Shown here piece after piece: positions 43,876 through 53,977 of a stretch of DNA of 64,000 nt. Both the position numbers and the translations under genes were made by a program. Origin of the DNA: Gemmatimonadales bacterium. GTDB lineage: Bacteria > Gemmatimonadota > Gemmatimonadetes > Gemmatimonadales > GWC2-71-9. The DNA lies in NCBI GenBank assembly GCA_040877595.1, contig JBBDNM010000053.1:6560-70559 (forward strand), given 5' to 3'. Under the pieces are notes generated by a model that made no database searches, was not told the DNA's origin, and saw only the letters and a list, made by a program, of their open reading frames with translations. The stretch's first letter is position 1; every line of letters starts with the position of its first letter.

Positions 43876-46800
43876 TGACGGGCCTGATCCTGCGCGGCGC
43901 GTTGTGGTCCTTGCTGACGGGTGGCGGGGTCGTGATGGGTGTGACCGGTGCGGCCGTCGGCACCGATGCGGGTCGGGCGGCCCTCATCGAGTATGGCCTG
44001 GGGGTTGCGAATGAGGGGTTGCGTGGGACGGTCACCATTGGGAGCAGCGAAGGTCGTCCGCTCCGCGGGCTCACGCTGTACGATGTCGCGGTTGCCGATA
44101 CGGGAGGTCGGCCGGTCGTCACGGCCGACGCGATCAACGTACGCTACCGCGTGCGGGACCTGCTGAGCGGACGCATTGTGCTGGGCCAGCTGACACTCAC
44201 GCAGCCCGTGGTCCACCTGGCCCGGACGCCCGACGGCCGGTGGAATATCCAGGAAGTCCTCAAGTTGGGTGAGGGTGACGGGAGCGGATCCAGCCTGCTC
44301 GTCGCGTTCCGGGATGTACGCCTGGATAGCGCGACCATCACGATCACCGAGGCCTCCACGCGCACGATCACCGTGGTGGCGGCGCGCCTGCCCTACCTGC
44401 GGTTGAACTCTCCCCTGCCGGGCCAGGGTGCCGTCCGCATCGAGGTGGCCGACGTGGGTGCCCGGCTGTCGGAGCCCGAACTCGGCGTGACCGATGCGGA
44501 GGGATCGGTCGAGCTGCATGGCGACTCACTGGTTTTCGATCTCGCATCGCTCGAGCTGGCGGGGACATCGATGTCCCTGCGAGGCTGGTTGCATCTGGGC
44601 GATACCGTGCGTTTCGACCTTCGCGCGAACGCCGACCAGTTCGCCGCCGCAGATTTCGCCGCCTTCACCGCTTCGCTGCCGGCGGGATTGCGCAGCGCCG
44701 AGGGACGCGCCCGGGTGCGGATGGTCAGGCGCGCGCCGCAAACGCTCACCGTCGAGCTCGACCAGCTGGACGCGACACCGGGGGACGGCGGTAGCGTGAC
44801 GGGTCGTATCAGCGTGTCACTGGCCCCCGACGCGCGATGGGCATTGGCGGACACGGACCTGCGCACCGACGCGGTATCCCTCGACCTGCTCCATGCCCTT
44901 GTCGACTCGGTTCCGCTCCAAGGCCGCCTGTCCGGACGCATGCGCGCGGCGGGACCGGGCGAATCCCTGGCCGTGCAGGTGGACTGGCGATTCGTCGATG
45001 CGGCCGTAGACGGCCGGCCGGTCAGCACGGTAGTGGCGGAGGGGGCGTTGCGCTTTGGCGGGGATGACGGCGTGCGCTTTCTCGACGTGGGCGTGACGCG
45101 GAGTTCCATTGCGCTCGCGACCATCGAACAGCAGGTGCCGGCCGTTGCCCTGCACGGCACGCTGGACGCCGCGGGCACGCTTACGGGTCCCTTTCGCGAT
45201 GTCACCTTCAGCGGCACCATGCGTCACCGCGACCAGACGCACCACGCCACGCTGGCGCGCGGGGTCGTCCGCCTCGATACGCGCGGCGACACCGCCGCCG
45301 TGGCACTCGACCTCGCCTTCGATTCCCTGGCCATCGATGGCCTGTTGCCGAGCTATCCGGGGTTGCCGCTGGTCGGGTCGTTTGCCGGTGACGTTCGCGC
45401 CACCGGTCCGGTGACCAGCCTCGACGTCGGCGTGGACCTGCGCGGCCCGGGTGGCGCATTTCGCGGTGAGGCGCGGGTGGTCTCTGAGACGCTGCGGCGC
45501 ATCGAGGCGCTGGATCTGACCTTCGAGGGCGCGACGCTCGTCGTCCTGGAGGAGCGTCTCCCGGACACGCGTCTCACGGGCCGGGTGGCGGGCGCCGTGG
45601 CGTTCGACTCCGCCGTGCGGTTCGTGGATCTGGGCGTGCGGCTGGATCGCTCGACCGTTGCGGCGGTGCCATTGGACAGCATGGTCGCCACCCTGCGGAC
45701 GGCCAACGATCGTGTGCAGGTAGAAGCCCTGACGGTGTGGGCGGCCCAACTCAGCGCCACCGGTCGCGGCGCCCTGGGCCTGACGGCGGGCCGGCGCGAC
45801 ACGGCGCGACTGGACGTTGCGGTGGGCGACGTGGAGGAACTGCGCCCCCTGCTGGATCGACTTGCGGGCCCCGACGCGGAATCGTGGCTGCCGGATACGG
45901 TGACCGGTTCGCTCAACCTGACGGTTGCGGCCATCGGCGCGCTGGATCAGATGGACCTGCGCGTCACCGCGACCGTGGCCGATCTTCGATGGGGTCAGTA
46001 TCAGGTGCCGAGCGGAACAGCGTCGTTGGCGTTGACAGACGACACGACGATCGGCGTAACGGTTCGTGTGGACTCTCTGGTCATCGGGAGCAGGGGCTTC
46101 AGCGGTATTCGACTGGTAACCGACGGTGACCGCCAGCGCCAGCGGTTTACGCTGCGCGGTCGTCTGGGCGAACATGCCGCCGTGCTGGTGGGCGGCTTCG
46201 TTGATCGTGACACCGTACAGACGGCGGTGCGGCTGGACTCGGTGGCCATGCTGGCCGGCGACGTGGTGTGGTTTCTCGAGCGATCAGGCACCGTGACGCT
46301 TGCCGACAGCGCCGTACGCTTTGATTCCCTGTCGTTTGCGCCGACATCCGGCGCGAGTCGCATATCCATTGCCGGTACGCTCCCTCGGCTCGGTCGCGGG
46401 GCGGTGGCGGTCCGCATCGAGGCGTTGCAACTCGAGGAACTGTGGGCCGCGCTGCAACGCGACCCCGACCTGGTCCGCGGGGAGCTGAGCGGCTCGCTGA
46501 CGCTGAGCGGCACGGCCCGTGCCCCGGTGATGGAGGCGGCTATCGCACTGCGAGACGCGGTCTTCGGTGAGTTCCACGCGCCGTACGCGGAAACCAACGC
46601 GACATACGCCGACCAGAGCCTCAGTGCCACGATCCGGCTGTTCCGCCTCGGCGACGAGATCCTTGGCGTCGAGGTTGTCCTCCCGCTGGAACTGGCGCTG
46701 ATGGACGTCGAGCGGCGTCGACTCGATGGACCCATTTCGATCCGGGCGGTCGCCTCAGAAGTGGACCTTGCCTTGCTGGACGCCTTGAGTCCGGCCGTGC

Positions 46801-48164
46801 GGCGGACCGCTGGACAGTTCTCCGCCGACTTCGGGGTCACCGGCACGTGGGAACGTCCAGCGCTCACCGGGTTCATCAGCGTCACGGACGGCGCCGCGAG
46901 CTTCCCGGCGCTGGGTGTCCGTCACGAGCGCATGAACGGTCGGGTCGTTCTTGCCGGTGACTCACTGCGCGTGGAGCGCCTGTCCGTTGCGAGCGGCGGG
47001 GGGACGGCGACGGTGACAGGTTCCATCCGACTCGAGCAACTGACTGCGGCGCACCTGAACCTGGGTATTCGCTCTACCGACTTCCGCGCGATTGACGTTC
47101 CGGAATTCGTGACCGCGACGGTGTCCGGTGACGTTCAGCTCCGCGGCCCGGTGACCGGTGCGGTACTGACCGGACGGGGGACCGTGACGCGCGGCGTCGT
47201 CTGGTTCGCCGACATCGTCGAGAAGGACATCATCAACCTCGAGGACACCGCCTACGCGGGCCTGGTGGACCGCGCGCTCCTCCTCGAGGAGGGACTCGGC
47301 GCGGGATTCGAGAACCGGTTCCTGGACTCCCTGACCATCACCAACTTGGCCCTGACCATGGGGTCGGACGTGTGGTTGCGGTCGAACGAAGCCAACATCG
47401 CCCTGACTGGCGATGTTACCTTGGCCAAGACCGGGCAGAACTATCGTCTCGACGGCATGTTGAGCGCGCCGCGTGGCACATACCGCCTGCAGCTTATTCC
47501 CCTGGTGGAAGGATTCGAACGGGAGTTCACGGTGACGCGGGGTCAGGTGCAGTACTTCGGGACGACGGACCTGGATGCGTCGCTCGACATTGACGCACGC
47601 CATGTTGTGCGAGCGCGGCGGGGGGATAACGTGACCATCTTCGTGCACGTCGGCGGTACGATCTACAACCCGACGCTCACGCTGAGCAGCGATCACCGGC
47701 CGGCCTTATCTGATACCGAAATCATTTCGTACCTGTTGAGCGGCGCGCCCAGCGTGGGCAGTGAGGGACTGGGGCAGCAGGGTTTGCAGCAGGGTTTGGG
47801 GGTCGCGGAAGCCATTGCGGGCCGCATTACCGGACGGATCGTCGGGGGCGTGATTACGGATCTCGGCGTACCCATCGACTACTTCGAGTTCCGACCGCAG
47901 TTCGCAGGCGGTAGCGTGACCGGTACGGTCAGCGTCGGACGGCGCATCACCGACCGCGTGTTCGTGACCGTCAACCCGAGGATCTGTGGCCGGGACCAAT
48001 GGGAGTTGTACAACCTGGGCTTCGGGCTGGAGTACCGCTTGAGCCGTGCCTGGCGGCTGGCGATGGCCGCCGACCCGCTGGGCTCGTGCAGCTTGCTTGG
48101 CGCGGATCCGTCCACGTTGCGGTATCAGCTCGGTCTTGACCTGTGGTGGGAGACCACCTACTGA
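43875..48164 (+). CDS. tamB: Translocation and assembly module protein TamB (AsmA-like, DUF490 C-terminus)
   Basis: 1429 aa with an N-terminal anchor and long beta-rich repetitive body. C-terminal LSSDHRPALSDTEIISYLLSG...EYRLSR is typical of DUF490. Confidence 0.85.
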   Translation: MTGLILRGALWSLLTGGGVVMGVTGAAVGTDAGRAALIEYGLGVANEGLRGTVTIGSSEGRPLRGLTLYDVAVADTGGRPVVTADAINVRYRVRDLLSGRIVLGQLTLTQPVVHLARTPDGRWNIQEVLKLGEGDGSGSSLLVAFRDVRLDSATITITEASTRTITVVAARLPYLRLNSPLPGQGAVRIEVADVGARLSEPELGVTDAEGSVELHGDSLVFDLASLELAGTSMSLRGWLHLGDTVRFDLRANADQFAAADFAAFTASLPAGLRSAEGRARVRMVRRAPQTLTVELDQLDATPGDGGSVTGRISVSLAPDARWALADTDLRTDAVSLDLLHALVDSVPLQGRLSGRMRAAGPGESLAVQVDWRFVDAAVDGRPVSTVVAEGALRFGGDDGVRFLDVGVTRSSIALATIEQQVPAVALHGTLDAAGTLTGPFRDVTFSGTMRHRDQTHHATLARGVVRLDTRGDTAAVALDLAFDSLAIDGLLPSYPGLPLVGSFAGDVRATGPVTSLDVGVDLRGPGGAFRGEARVVSETLRRIEALDLTFEGATLVVLEERLPDTRLTGRVAGAVAFDSAVRFVDLGVRLDRSTVAAVPLDSMVATLRTANDRVQVEALTVWAAQLSATGRGALGLTAGRRDTARLDVAVGDVEELRPLLDRLAGPDAESWLPDTVTGSLNLTVAAIGALDQMDLRVTATVADLRWGQYQVPSGTASLALTDDTTIGVTVRVDSLVIGSRGFSGIRLVTDGDRQRQRFTLRGRLGEHAAVLVGGFVDRDTVQTAVRLDSVAMLAGDVVWFLERSGTVTLADSAVRFDSLSFAPTSGASRISIAGTLPRLGRGAVAVRIEALQLEELWAALQRDPDLVRGELSGSLTLSGTARAPVMEAAIALRDAVFGEFHAPYAETNATYADQSLSATIRLFRLGDEILGVEVVLPLELALMDVERRRLDGPISIRAVASEVDLALLDALSPAVRRTAGQFSADFGVTGTWERPALTGFISVTDGAASFPALGVRHERMNGRVVLAGDSLRVERLSVASGGGTATVTGSIRLEQLTAAHLNLGIRSTDFRAIDVPEFVTATVSGDVQLRGPVTGAVLTGRGTVTRGVVWFADIVEKDIINLEDTAYAGLVDRALLLEEGLGAGFENRFLDSLTITNLALTMGSDVWLRSNEANIALTGDVTLAKTGQNYRLDGMLSAPRGTYRLQLIPLVEGFEREFTVTRGQVQYFGTTDLDASLDIDARHVVRARRGDNVTIFVHVGGTIYNPTLTLSSDHRPALSDTEIISYLLSGAPSVGSEGLGQQGLQQGLGVAEAIAGRITGRIVGGVITDLGVPIDYFEFRPQFAGGSVTGTVSVGRRITDRVFVTVNPRICGRDQWELYNLGFGLEYRLSRAWRLAMAADPLGSCSLLGADPSTLRYQLGLDLWWETTY

Positions 48165-49066
48165 TGGCTCGCGTCTGGATGATCTTCAATCCGGTAGCGT
48201 CACGGCACAATCCCACTGCCATGCGCGAGTGTACGGCGGTGTTTACCCGCGCAGGGTGGGAGGTCGAGGTGGTCGGGACGACGCGCCCCGACCACGCCGG
48301 TGAGCTTGCCAAGTCCGCCGTGGCCGAGGGGGCCGACGTGGTGGCCGTGTACGGCGGTGATGGTACGGTCCTGCAAGCGGCGGGCGGCGTTATGGATCCT
48401 CGAGTTCCAATGGCCTTGCTGCCGGGCGGCACCGGGAACCAGTTGGCGCGCAACCTCGGCATACCGTTCAATCCGGTCCAAGCCGCCCAGCTCATGCTCG
48501 ATGGTGCGTCGCGTGCGATTGACATCGGGCGCTGGACACCCGATGGCGGTACGAGTCGGTCGTTCGGCGTCGCCTGCGGCGCGGGCTACGACGCCGCCAT
48601 CATGAACAGCACCACGCGCGCGTTGAAACGCTGGCTCAAGACCGGCGCGTATCTCCTGCAGACGGTGCGGTCGCTCAAGCATCTCACGCCCATGCCGTAT
48701 CGCGTGACGGTAGACGGCAGGATGTACGAAGGGGACGCGGCCACGGTCCTGATCGCCAATTGTGCCAGGATGTTCCCGCCATACTTCCCGCTGCGCCCGA
48801 ACATTGCCCTGGATGATGGATTGCTGGATATGCTGGCCTTGAAGGCGGATGGCCTGCTCGACGGCCTGCGCGTGGTGCGCTCGATGAAGCGGGATGCCGT
48901 GGACCCGGCCAAGGTGCTCCATGTGCAGGGTCGGCACATCCGGGTCGAAATGGAGCCGGTACGGCCGGCACAGTACGATGGCGAGAACGGAGGGGTCACG
49001 CCGTTCACCGCGGAGGTGTTGCCCGGAGCCCTCACGCTGTTCGTCCCCGAGGGAGGCCGCCCATGA
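48164..49066 (+). CDS. Diacylglycerol-kinase-catalytic-domain lipid kinase (YegS/BmrU family)
   Basis: IFNPVASRH, VVAVYGGDGTV and LLPGGTGNQLARNLG motifs. ATG 48164 in a TGATG overlap with the tamB stop. Confidence 0.85.
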   Translation: MARVWMIFNPVASRHNPTAMRECTAVFTRAGWEVEVVGTTRPDHAGELAKSAVAEGADVVAVYGGDGTVLQAAGGVMDPRVPMALLPGGTGNQLARNLGIPFNPVQAAQLMLDGASRAIDIGRWTPDGGTSRSFGVACGAGYDAAIMNSTTRALKRWLKTGAYLLQTVRSLKHLTPMPYRVTVDGRMYEGDAATVLIANCARMFPPYFPLRPNIALDDGLLDMLALKADGLLDGLRVVRSMKRDAVDPAKVLHVQGRHIRVEMEPVRPAQYDGENGGVTPFTAEVLPGALTLFVPEGGRP

Positions 49067-49167
49067 GTGTGTCGTTGCCGTGAGGTGCGGAGTGGGCGCG
49101 AACGGGCTATGATCAAGGTGGCAGGATCGGAGAAGGTTCGCGAGTTCGGACTCGAGCGGGAGGCACG

Positions 49168-49371
49168 ATGACCGAAAAGAAGGCAGCCCAGGAGACCGAC
49201 TCGATGCAGTGCCGTGCGTGCGGCAATCAAGATCGCGCGTCCGAAGGGTATCCCTGCGCCGATTGCGGTACCTTTCTCTGCCTGATCTGTTCGTTCCGCG
49301 GTGTGACCCTCTGTACGGCCTGCGCTGAAAAGCGCGGACAGCCGGAGCTGGCCAAGCCCCACCGCAAGTGA
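49168..49371 (+). CDS. 67-aa protein with four CxxC pairs (double zinc-ribbon-like)
   Basis: CRAC-x11-CADC-x4-CLIC-x7-CTAC. GTGA overlap with the downstream HAD gene supports translation. Confidence 0.55.
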   Translation: MTEKKAAQETDSMQCRACGNQDRASEGYPCADCGTFLCLICSFRGVTLCTACAEKRGQPELAKPHRK

Positions 49372-50060
49372 AGCTGATCCTCTTCGACATTGACGGCACC
49401 ATCCTGAACAGCGATGGCGCCGGTCGCACGGCGGTGCACGCCGCCGTTCGTGAGTACCTGCAACTGCCGCACGACCCTCCCGCCATCCGCTTCGACGGCA
49501 AGACCGATCCGCAGATCATTCGGGAGCTGTTCGAAGCGGCCGGCGCGAACGGTCACGACCTCGATGCGGCCATTACGGAGGTTGGCGGACGGTACGTACG
49601 CCACCTCGAACGCGCGCTCGCCGCCGATGCGCACGAGGTCCGGCTGTTACCCGGGGTTTCCACCCTGCTCGATGCCGTGGAGGCACGGGCGGACGCCGTA
49701 CTCGGACTGCTGACCGGGAACGTGGTGGACGGCGCCCGGCTCAAGCTGCAAGCGGCCGGGATCACGTTTGATCGATTCCGCGTCGGTGCCTTTGGTTCCG
49801 ATCACGCCGACCGCACGGCCCTCCCACCGATCGCTGCCGAGCGCGCGGCGCCGCACATGGGTCGTCGGCCGCACGGCGACGACATCGTCATTGTCGGCGA
49901 CACGCCGGCCGACATGACCTGCGGCCGGGCGTTGGGCGCCCGCGCTATCGGTGTCGCCACGGGCCGCTACAGTGCCGCCGATCTCGCCGCGGCCGGGGCC
50001 TGGGCGGTGTTCCCAACCTTCGAAGACACGCACGCCGTGCTGGATGCGGTGTGGGGATGA
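49368..50060 (+). CDS. HAD-superfamily hydrolase (phosphoglycolate-phosphatase-like)
   Basis: Motif I LILFDIDGTIL, motif II LTGN, and motif IV VIVGDTPADM. Confidence 0.85.
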   Translation: MKLILFDIDGTILNSDGAGRTAVHAAVREYLQLPHDPPAIRFDGKTDPQIIRELFEAAGANGHDLDAAITEVGGRYVRHLERALAADAHEVRLLPGVSTLLDAVEARADAVLGLLTGNVVDGARLKLQAAGITFDRFRVGAFGSDHADRTALPPIAAERAAPHMGRRPHGDDIVIVGDTPADMTCGRALGARAIGVATGRYSAADLAAAGAWAVFPTFEDTHAVLDAVWG

Positions 50061-50791
50061 CCGAGAAACTCCTCCTGCCGGTGCGCGTCCCCGAGCTGGG
50101 ACCGGCGCTCGGGCGCCTGCCCAACCGACCCGACCCAGCCGAGCAGGATCCGCTGGCGCCCATTCGCCTGCGCCTGGTCACGCGCCTCCTGGACGCCGCG
50201 GGTGAAGCGCGGCGGCGCGCCGCCCAGGGCGACCGCCGCGGTGCGCTGGATGCCACGGGTGCCCCAATCTGGCTCGCCGCGTGGGATGAAGCCACGAGCG
50301 CGGTCGCCGACACCCTGCTCACGGGAGTGACCACCGGCGTGGACGAAGCGGCGCGTGCCTCGCGCATGCCGAACCGCCGTCGCCGCCGGCTCCTGCCCTC
50401 CGAAGAAGAACGCCGCGGCATCGCCACACGGTTGGGTGTGACCGGTGCCGGGCTCGTGTCCGCGCTGGACCGCCTCGCCGTCGCCACCGAAGCCGCCGCC
50501 CATGCAACGGCCCGCGACCGCCAAGCTATGGACGTCTGGCGCGAGGCCCTGCTCGGCGCCGCCCGGCGACTGGAATCCGCGTGGGAACGTCTCGTGGAGG
50601 AATACCATCGCGAGCGCGCCACGTGGGACCGCGAGATGAGCGCCGCCCGTTCCTGGCGCGCCCCGTGGTGGCCGGTGATGACGATCGGCGCGGCCGTGAT
50701 CGCTGCCGCAACCTGGATCGGGCTCATCACCGGAGGGTACCTGACGCCGCCCGCCTGGTTCGTACGCATCTGGCAAGCGGTCGTGCGGTGA
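50057..50791 (+). CDS. Hypothetical protein with C-terminal membrane anchor
   Basis: ATG 50057 in an ATGA overlap with the HAD stop. Helical Ala/Arg-rich body and C-terminal TM WWPVMTIGAAVIAAATWIGLI. No family recognised. Confidence 0.45.
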   Translation: MTEKLLLPVRVPELGPALGRLPNRPDPAEQDPLAPIRLRLVTRLLDAAGEARRRAAQGDRRGALDATGAPIWLAAWDEATSAVADTLLTGVTTGVDEAARASRMPNRRRRRLLPSEEERRGIATRLGVTGAGLVSALDRLAVATEAAAHATARDRQAMDVWREALLGAARRLESAWERLVEEYHRERATWDREMSAARSWRAPWWPVMTIGAAVIAAATWIGLITGGYLTPPAWFVRIWQAVVR

Positions 50792-51192
50792 GCGAACACG
50801 TCCTCGCTGTCGGGATTGACGTGGTTACGGTTGCCCGCGTGGCCGCCATGGTGGATCGCAAGGGCGACCGCGCGATCCACCGGTTGCTTTCCGAGAATGA
50901 AGCGGCCTACTGTCGGTCCCAAGCGGTGCCGGCGCGTCACATCGCCGCGCGCATCGCCGCCAAGGAAGCCGTCTACAAGGCCTTGCAGGGCGCACCCGAG
51001 GCCCGTGCCATCGGGTGGCGTGAGATCGAAGTGATTCGGGATTGGGACGGACGGCCTGCGGCGCTCCTGACCGGGCGGGCCGCCACCCGGGCCGATCAGC
51101 TCCACGTGGGTCAGGTACTGCTGTCACTCACCCACAGTGCGGAGACCGCGGCGGCGGTGGCGGTGCTGCTCAGGCGGGCGCCGGGGGCTTGA
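50788..51192 (+). CDS. acpS: Holo-[acyl-carrier-protein] synthase
   Basis: VGIDVVTVARV, AARIAAKEAVYKAL and SLTHS motifs. GTG in a GTGA overlap. Confidence 0.85.
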   Translation: MSEHVLAVGIDVVTVARVAAMVDRKGDRAIHRLLSENEAAYCRSQAVPARHIAARIAAKEAVYKALQGAPEARAIGWREIEVIRDWDGRPAALLTGRAATRADQLHVGQVLLSLTHSAETAAAVAVLLRRAPGA

Positions 51193-52009
51193 GCGCCCCC
51201 TCGGCGCGCACCGTCGTGCCGTCCGGCTTCCACCACAGCGTCATCAACCACGCGCCGAACGCGATCAACCCCACGCTCGTGAGCTGGGCGACCGTAAAGC
51301 CCGCCAGGAACCGATCATCCTTGGCGCGAAGGAACTCGATCAGGAACCGCTCGACCCCCGCGAACATCAGGTAACAACCGAACAGCCAGCCCAGGCCGTG
51401 CTGGTGCGAGCGCCAGCGCCACAACAGCCAGAACACGAACAGCATGACCGCGACCTCGTACAGCTGCGTGGGGTGCACGGCCAGCACCTCGGTCGCCGGG
51501 ACGTCCGCCGGAATGTCTGCGCCAAGCGCCCGAAGATTGCCGGCAGTGGTCGGCGGCAGACCCTCGGGGAACTTCATGCCCCATGGCAGCGTGGTGGGCA
51601 TGCCGTAATCGTCCTGCACCAGAAAGCATCCAACGCGACCGAGTCCGTAGCCCAGCGCCAACGCGGGCGCCACCAGGTCCATCGTGAAACGTGTGGGAAT
51701 CTTCTTCCATACGCCCTGCAGATAGACCAGCGCACATCCACCGAGGAACCCGCCGTACCACACCATGCCGCCGCGCGAGAACAAGGCGCCGAAGTCGCCT
51801 ACCAACACGGCATACCAGATCTTGGCACCCAGAATGCCGCCAATGAGTCCGGCAAACACGATATCGCTGCCGTACTCCCCATTCAGCGACCGCCGTTTGA
51901 GTTCCCTCTGCATGACAAAGCCGGCCGCAAGGAACCCCACCATCATCATGAGGCCGTAGCCAGTGATGGGGAATCCAAACACGTTGATGATGAACGGCTT
52001 GAGTGTCAT
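51170..52009 (-). CDS. lgt: Prolipoprotein diacylglyceryl transferase
   Basis: GYGLMMMVGFLAA, GGILGAKIWY, GRVGCFL and HPTQLYE motifs. Confidence 0.9.
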   Translation of the reverse strand: MTLKPFIINVFGFPITGYGLMMMVGFLAAGFVMQRELKRRSLNGEYGSDIVFAGLIGGILGAKIWYAVLVGDFGALFSRGGMVWYGGFLGGCALVYLQGVWKKIPTRFTMDLVAPALALGYGLGRVGCFLVQDDYGMPTTLPWGMKFPEGLPPTTAGNLRALGADIPADVPATEVLAVHPTQLYEVAVMLFVFWLLWRWRSHQHGLGWLFGCYLMFAGVERFLIEFLRAKDDRFLAGFTVAQLTSVGLIAFGAWLMTLWWKPDGTTVRAEGALKPPAPA

Positions 52010-52015
52010 CGCGGT

Positions 52016-53050
52016 CTATCGGGGCAGGGGGACGCCCACCGGAGCCACCAGCCCCGGCAGAGGGAACGAGGCATCGGCATCGAGCCACGCATCAGGCACG
52101 GTACCGCGCCGCCAGTGGAACCATCCCGCACGGGCGATCATCGCGGCATTGTCTACATTGAACCGCGGTCGCGCGACGGCAACCCGCGCGTGCGGCGCGA
52201 CCCGCTCGCCGATACGGGCAACAAGCGCCCGGTTACACGCCACACCGCCGCCCAGCACGACGGTGCGGCGGTCGGTCAGGTCCACCGCACGCGCCACCTT
52301 CTCGGCGAGGACCTCGAGTACCGCGGCCTGGAAGCTGGCGGCAAGGTCGGCGGCATCGCGGTTCAGGTCGCCGGCGCGCACGGCATACAGCACGGCGGTC
52401 TTGAGACCGCTGAACGAGAAATCGAACCCATCCTTGATCATCGGGCGCGGAAACGCGAACCGATCGGTACCCGTCGCCGCGAGCCGTTCGATGGCCGGCC
52501 CTCCCGGATACCCGAGGTTGAGCAGCGATCCCACCTTATCGAACGCTTCTCCCGCGGCATCGTCACGCGTCTGGCCGAGCAGGTGGTAGTGGCCCCACGC
52601 CGCCACGTCGAGCAGCAACGTGTGGCCGCCGGAAACGAGCAGGGCAACGAACGGTGGCTGGAGGTCCGGGTCTTCGAGCGTAGGCGCGAACAGATGGCCT
52701 TCGAGGTGGTGCACGCCGAGCACCGGTACGCCGAGTCCCGCACCGAGCGCCTTGGCATAGGACGTGCCGACCAGCAGCGCGCCAACAAGGCCGGGTCCGC
52801 GCGTGACGGCGATGGCATCCACTGCGCTGAGCGGCACGCCCGCTTCCTCGAGTGCACGTCGCACGACGGTGTCCAGCGTTTCCAGATGTGCCCGGCTCGC
52901 GAGTTCCGGCACCACGCCGCCGAACACGGCGTGGACGTCCTGCGACAGGATGACGAGGCCGGCGAGTTCCGGTCGGTCACCGTCACCCACGAGCACGGCC
53001 GCCGACGTTTCGTCGCACGACGTTTCCATGCCGAGCAGCACGTCAGCCAC
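52016..53050 (-). CDS. tsaD: tRNA N6-adenosine threonylcarbamoyltransferase
   Basis: LLGMETSCDETSAAV, VTRGPGLVGALLVG, HHLEGH and GGGVACN motifs. Confidence 0.92.
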   Translation of the reverse strand: MADVLLGMETSCDETSAAVLVGDGDRPELAGLVILSQDVHAVFGGVVPELASRAHLETLDTVVRRALEEAGVPLSAVDAIAVTRGPGLVGALLVGTSYAKALGAGLGVPVLGVHHLEGHLFAPTLEDPDLQPPFVALLVSGGHTLLLDVAAWGHYHLLGQTRDDAAGEAFDKVGSLLNLGYPGGPAIERLAATGTDRFAFPRPMIKDGFDFSFSGLKTAVLYAVRAGDLNRDAADLAASFQAAVLEVLAEKVARAVDLTDRRTVVLGGGVACNRALVARIGERVAPHARVAVARPRFNVDNAAMIARAGWFHWRRGTVPDAWLDADASFPLPGLVAPVGVPLPR

Positions 53051-53444
53051 GGGGCGGGGCGATCAGTCGCACGGAGTCGGGAAGGACGGAGGTTTCGATA
53101 CCCAGCGGGGCACGGACCATGACAGGCAGATACTGGCCGGTGGCGACCGCGCGGTCGGGCAGCGTCGCCTGGAGGCTGTCCGCCGTGAGCTGCCGCACGC
53201 GATCTATGGGGCCGCGCACGGTGATGACCACGCGGCCGGGTTCCGGCGCGAGGTCGGCCAGGCGCGTGGGTAGCAGCACCGGAATGCCCGTGAACACGCG
53301 TTCCGTGACGCCCGGCGTCTCGCGCGACATCCGCATCTCAACGGCGGCCCAGAGCACCGTGGCCAAGACCAGCGCCGTGAGCTTGGCCGGCCAGTTGGTC
53401 AACACGGTGCGTTGGAACCAGCCCGGCGGCGCGGTCTCGGTCAC
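53043..53444 (-). CDS. YbbR-like domain membrane protein
   Basis: N-terminal TM, then a V.V.G....L..L....L.A.L...... pattern (VVITVRGPIDRVRQLTADSLQATLPD) resembling a single YbbR repeat. Confidence 0.45.
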   Translation of the reverse strand: MTETAPPGWFQRTVLTNWPAKLTALVLATVLWAAVEMRMSRETPGVTERVFTGIPVLLPTRLADLAPEPGRVVITVRGPIDRVRQLTADSLQATLPDRAVATGQYLPVMVRAPLGIETSVLPDSVRLIAPPRG

Positions 53445-53974
53445 GGCGCGAGCAGTCGGCGAAAGAGCTGTTGCGATGCCGGCGCGTCCCAGTCTTCCGC
53501 GCCGATGGACTTGCGAATGATGACGCCCTCGCGGTCAATCACAAAGCTTTCAGGTACGCCGGTGGCTTGGTACGTGCGCTCGATACGTCCGGTCGGGTCG
53601 TGCAGCACGTCGAACGTGAGCTCCCGGTCAGCAATCCACCGCGCCACCTGATCGCGGCTTCCCTGGTCGACACTGACCGCCACGATACGCAGGCCGCTGT
53701 CACCCAGCGCCTCGTGCAACCGTTGCATGGATGGCATTTCTGCCTCACAGGGCGCGCACCAGGTCGCCCAGATATTGAGCAGCACGACCTGACCGGCATA
53801 GCGGTCGAGGCGCACGGTGTCCCCAGTCGCAATATCGATCGCACGAAAATCGGGCGCGCGTTCTCCAGGAGTGACGCGGCCAATGTCCGGCGTCAGCAAC
53901 AGCGCGGCACCCACTGCAAACGCGATGCCCGCGAGAATGCCACTCACCGCAATCCATTGTCCTCGAGCCGCCAT
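53441..53974 (-). CDS. TlpA/ResA-family thiol:disulfide oxidoreductase
   Basis: Membrane anchor plus thioredoxin fold with the WATWCAPCEAEMP active site. Confidence 0.85.
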   Translation of the reverse strand: MAARGQWIAVSGILAGIAFAVGAALLLTPDIGRVTPGERAPDFRAIDIATGDTVRLDRYAGQVVLLNIWATWCAPCEAEMPSMQRLHEALGDSGLRIVAVSVDQGSRDQVARWIADRELTFDVLHDPTGRIERTYQATGVPESFVIDREGVIIRKSIGAEDWDAPASQQLFRRLLAP

Positions 53975-53977
53975 GAC

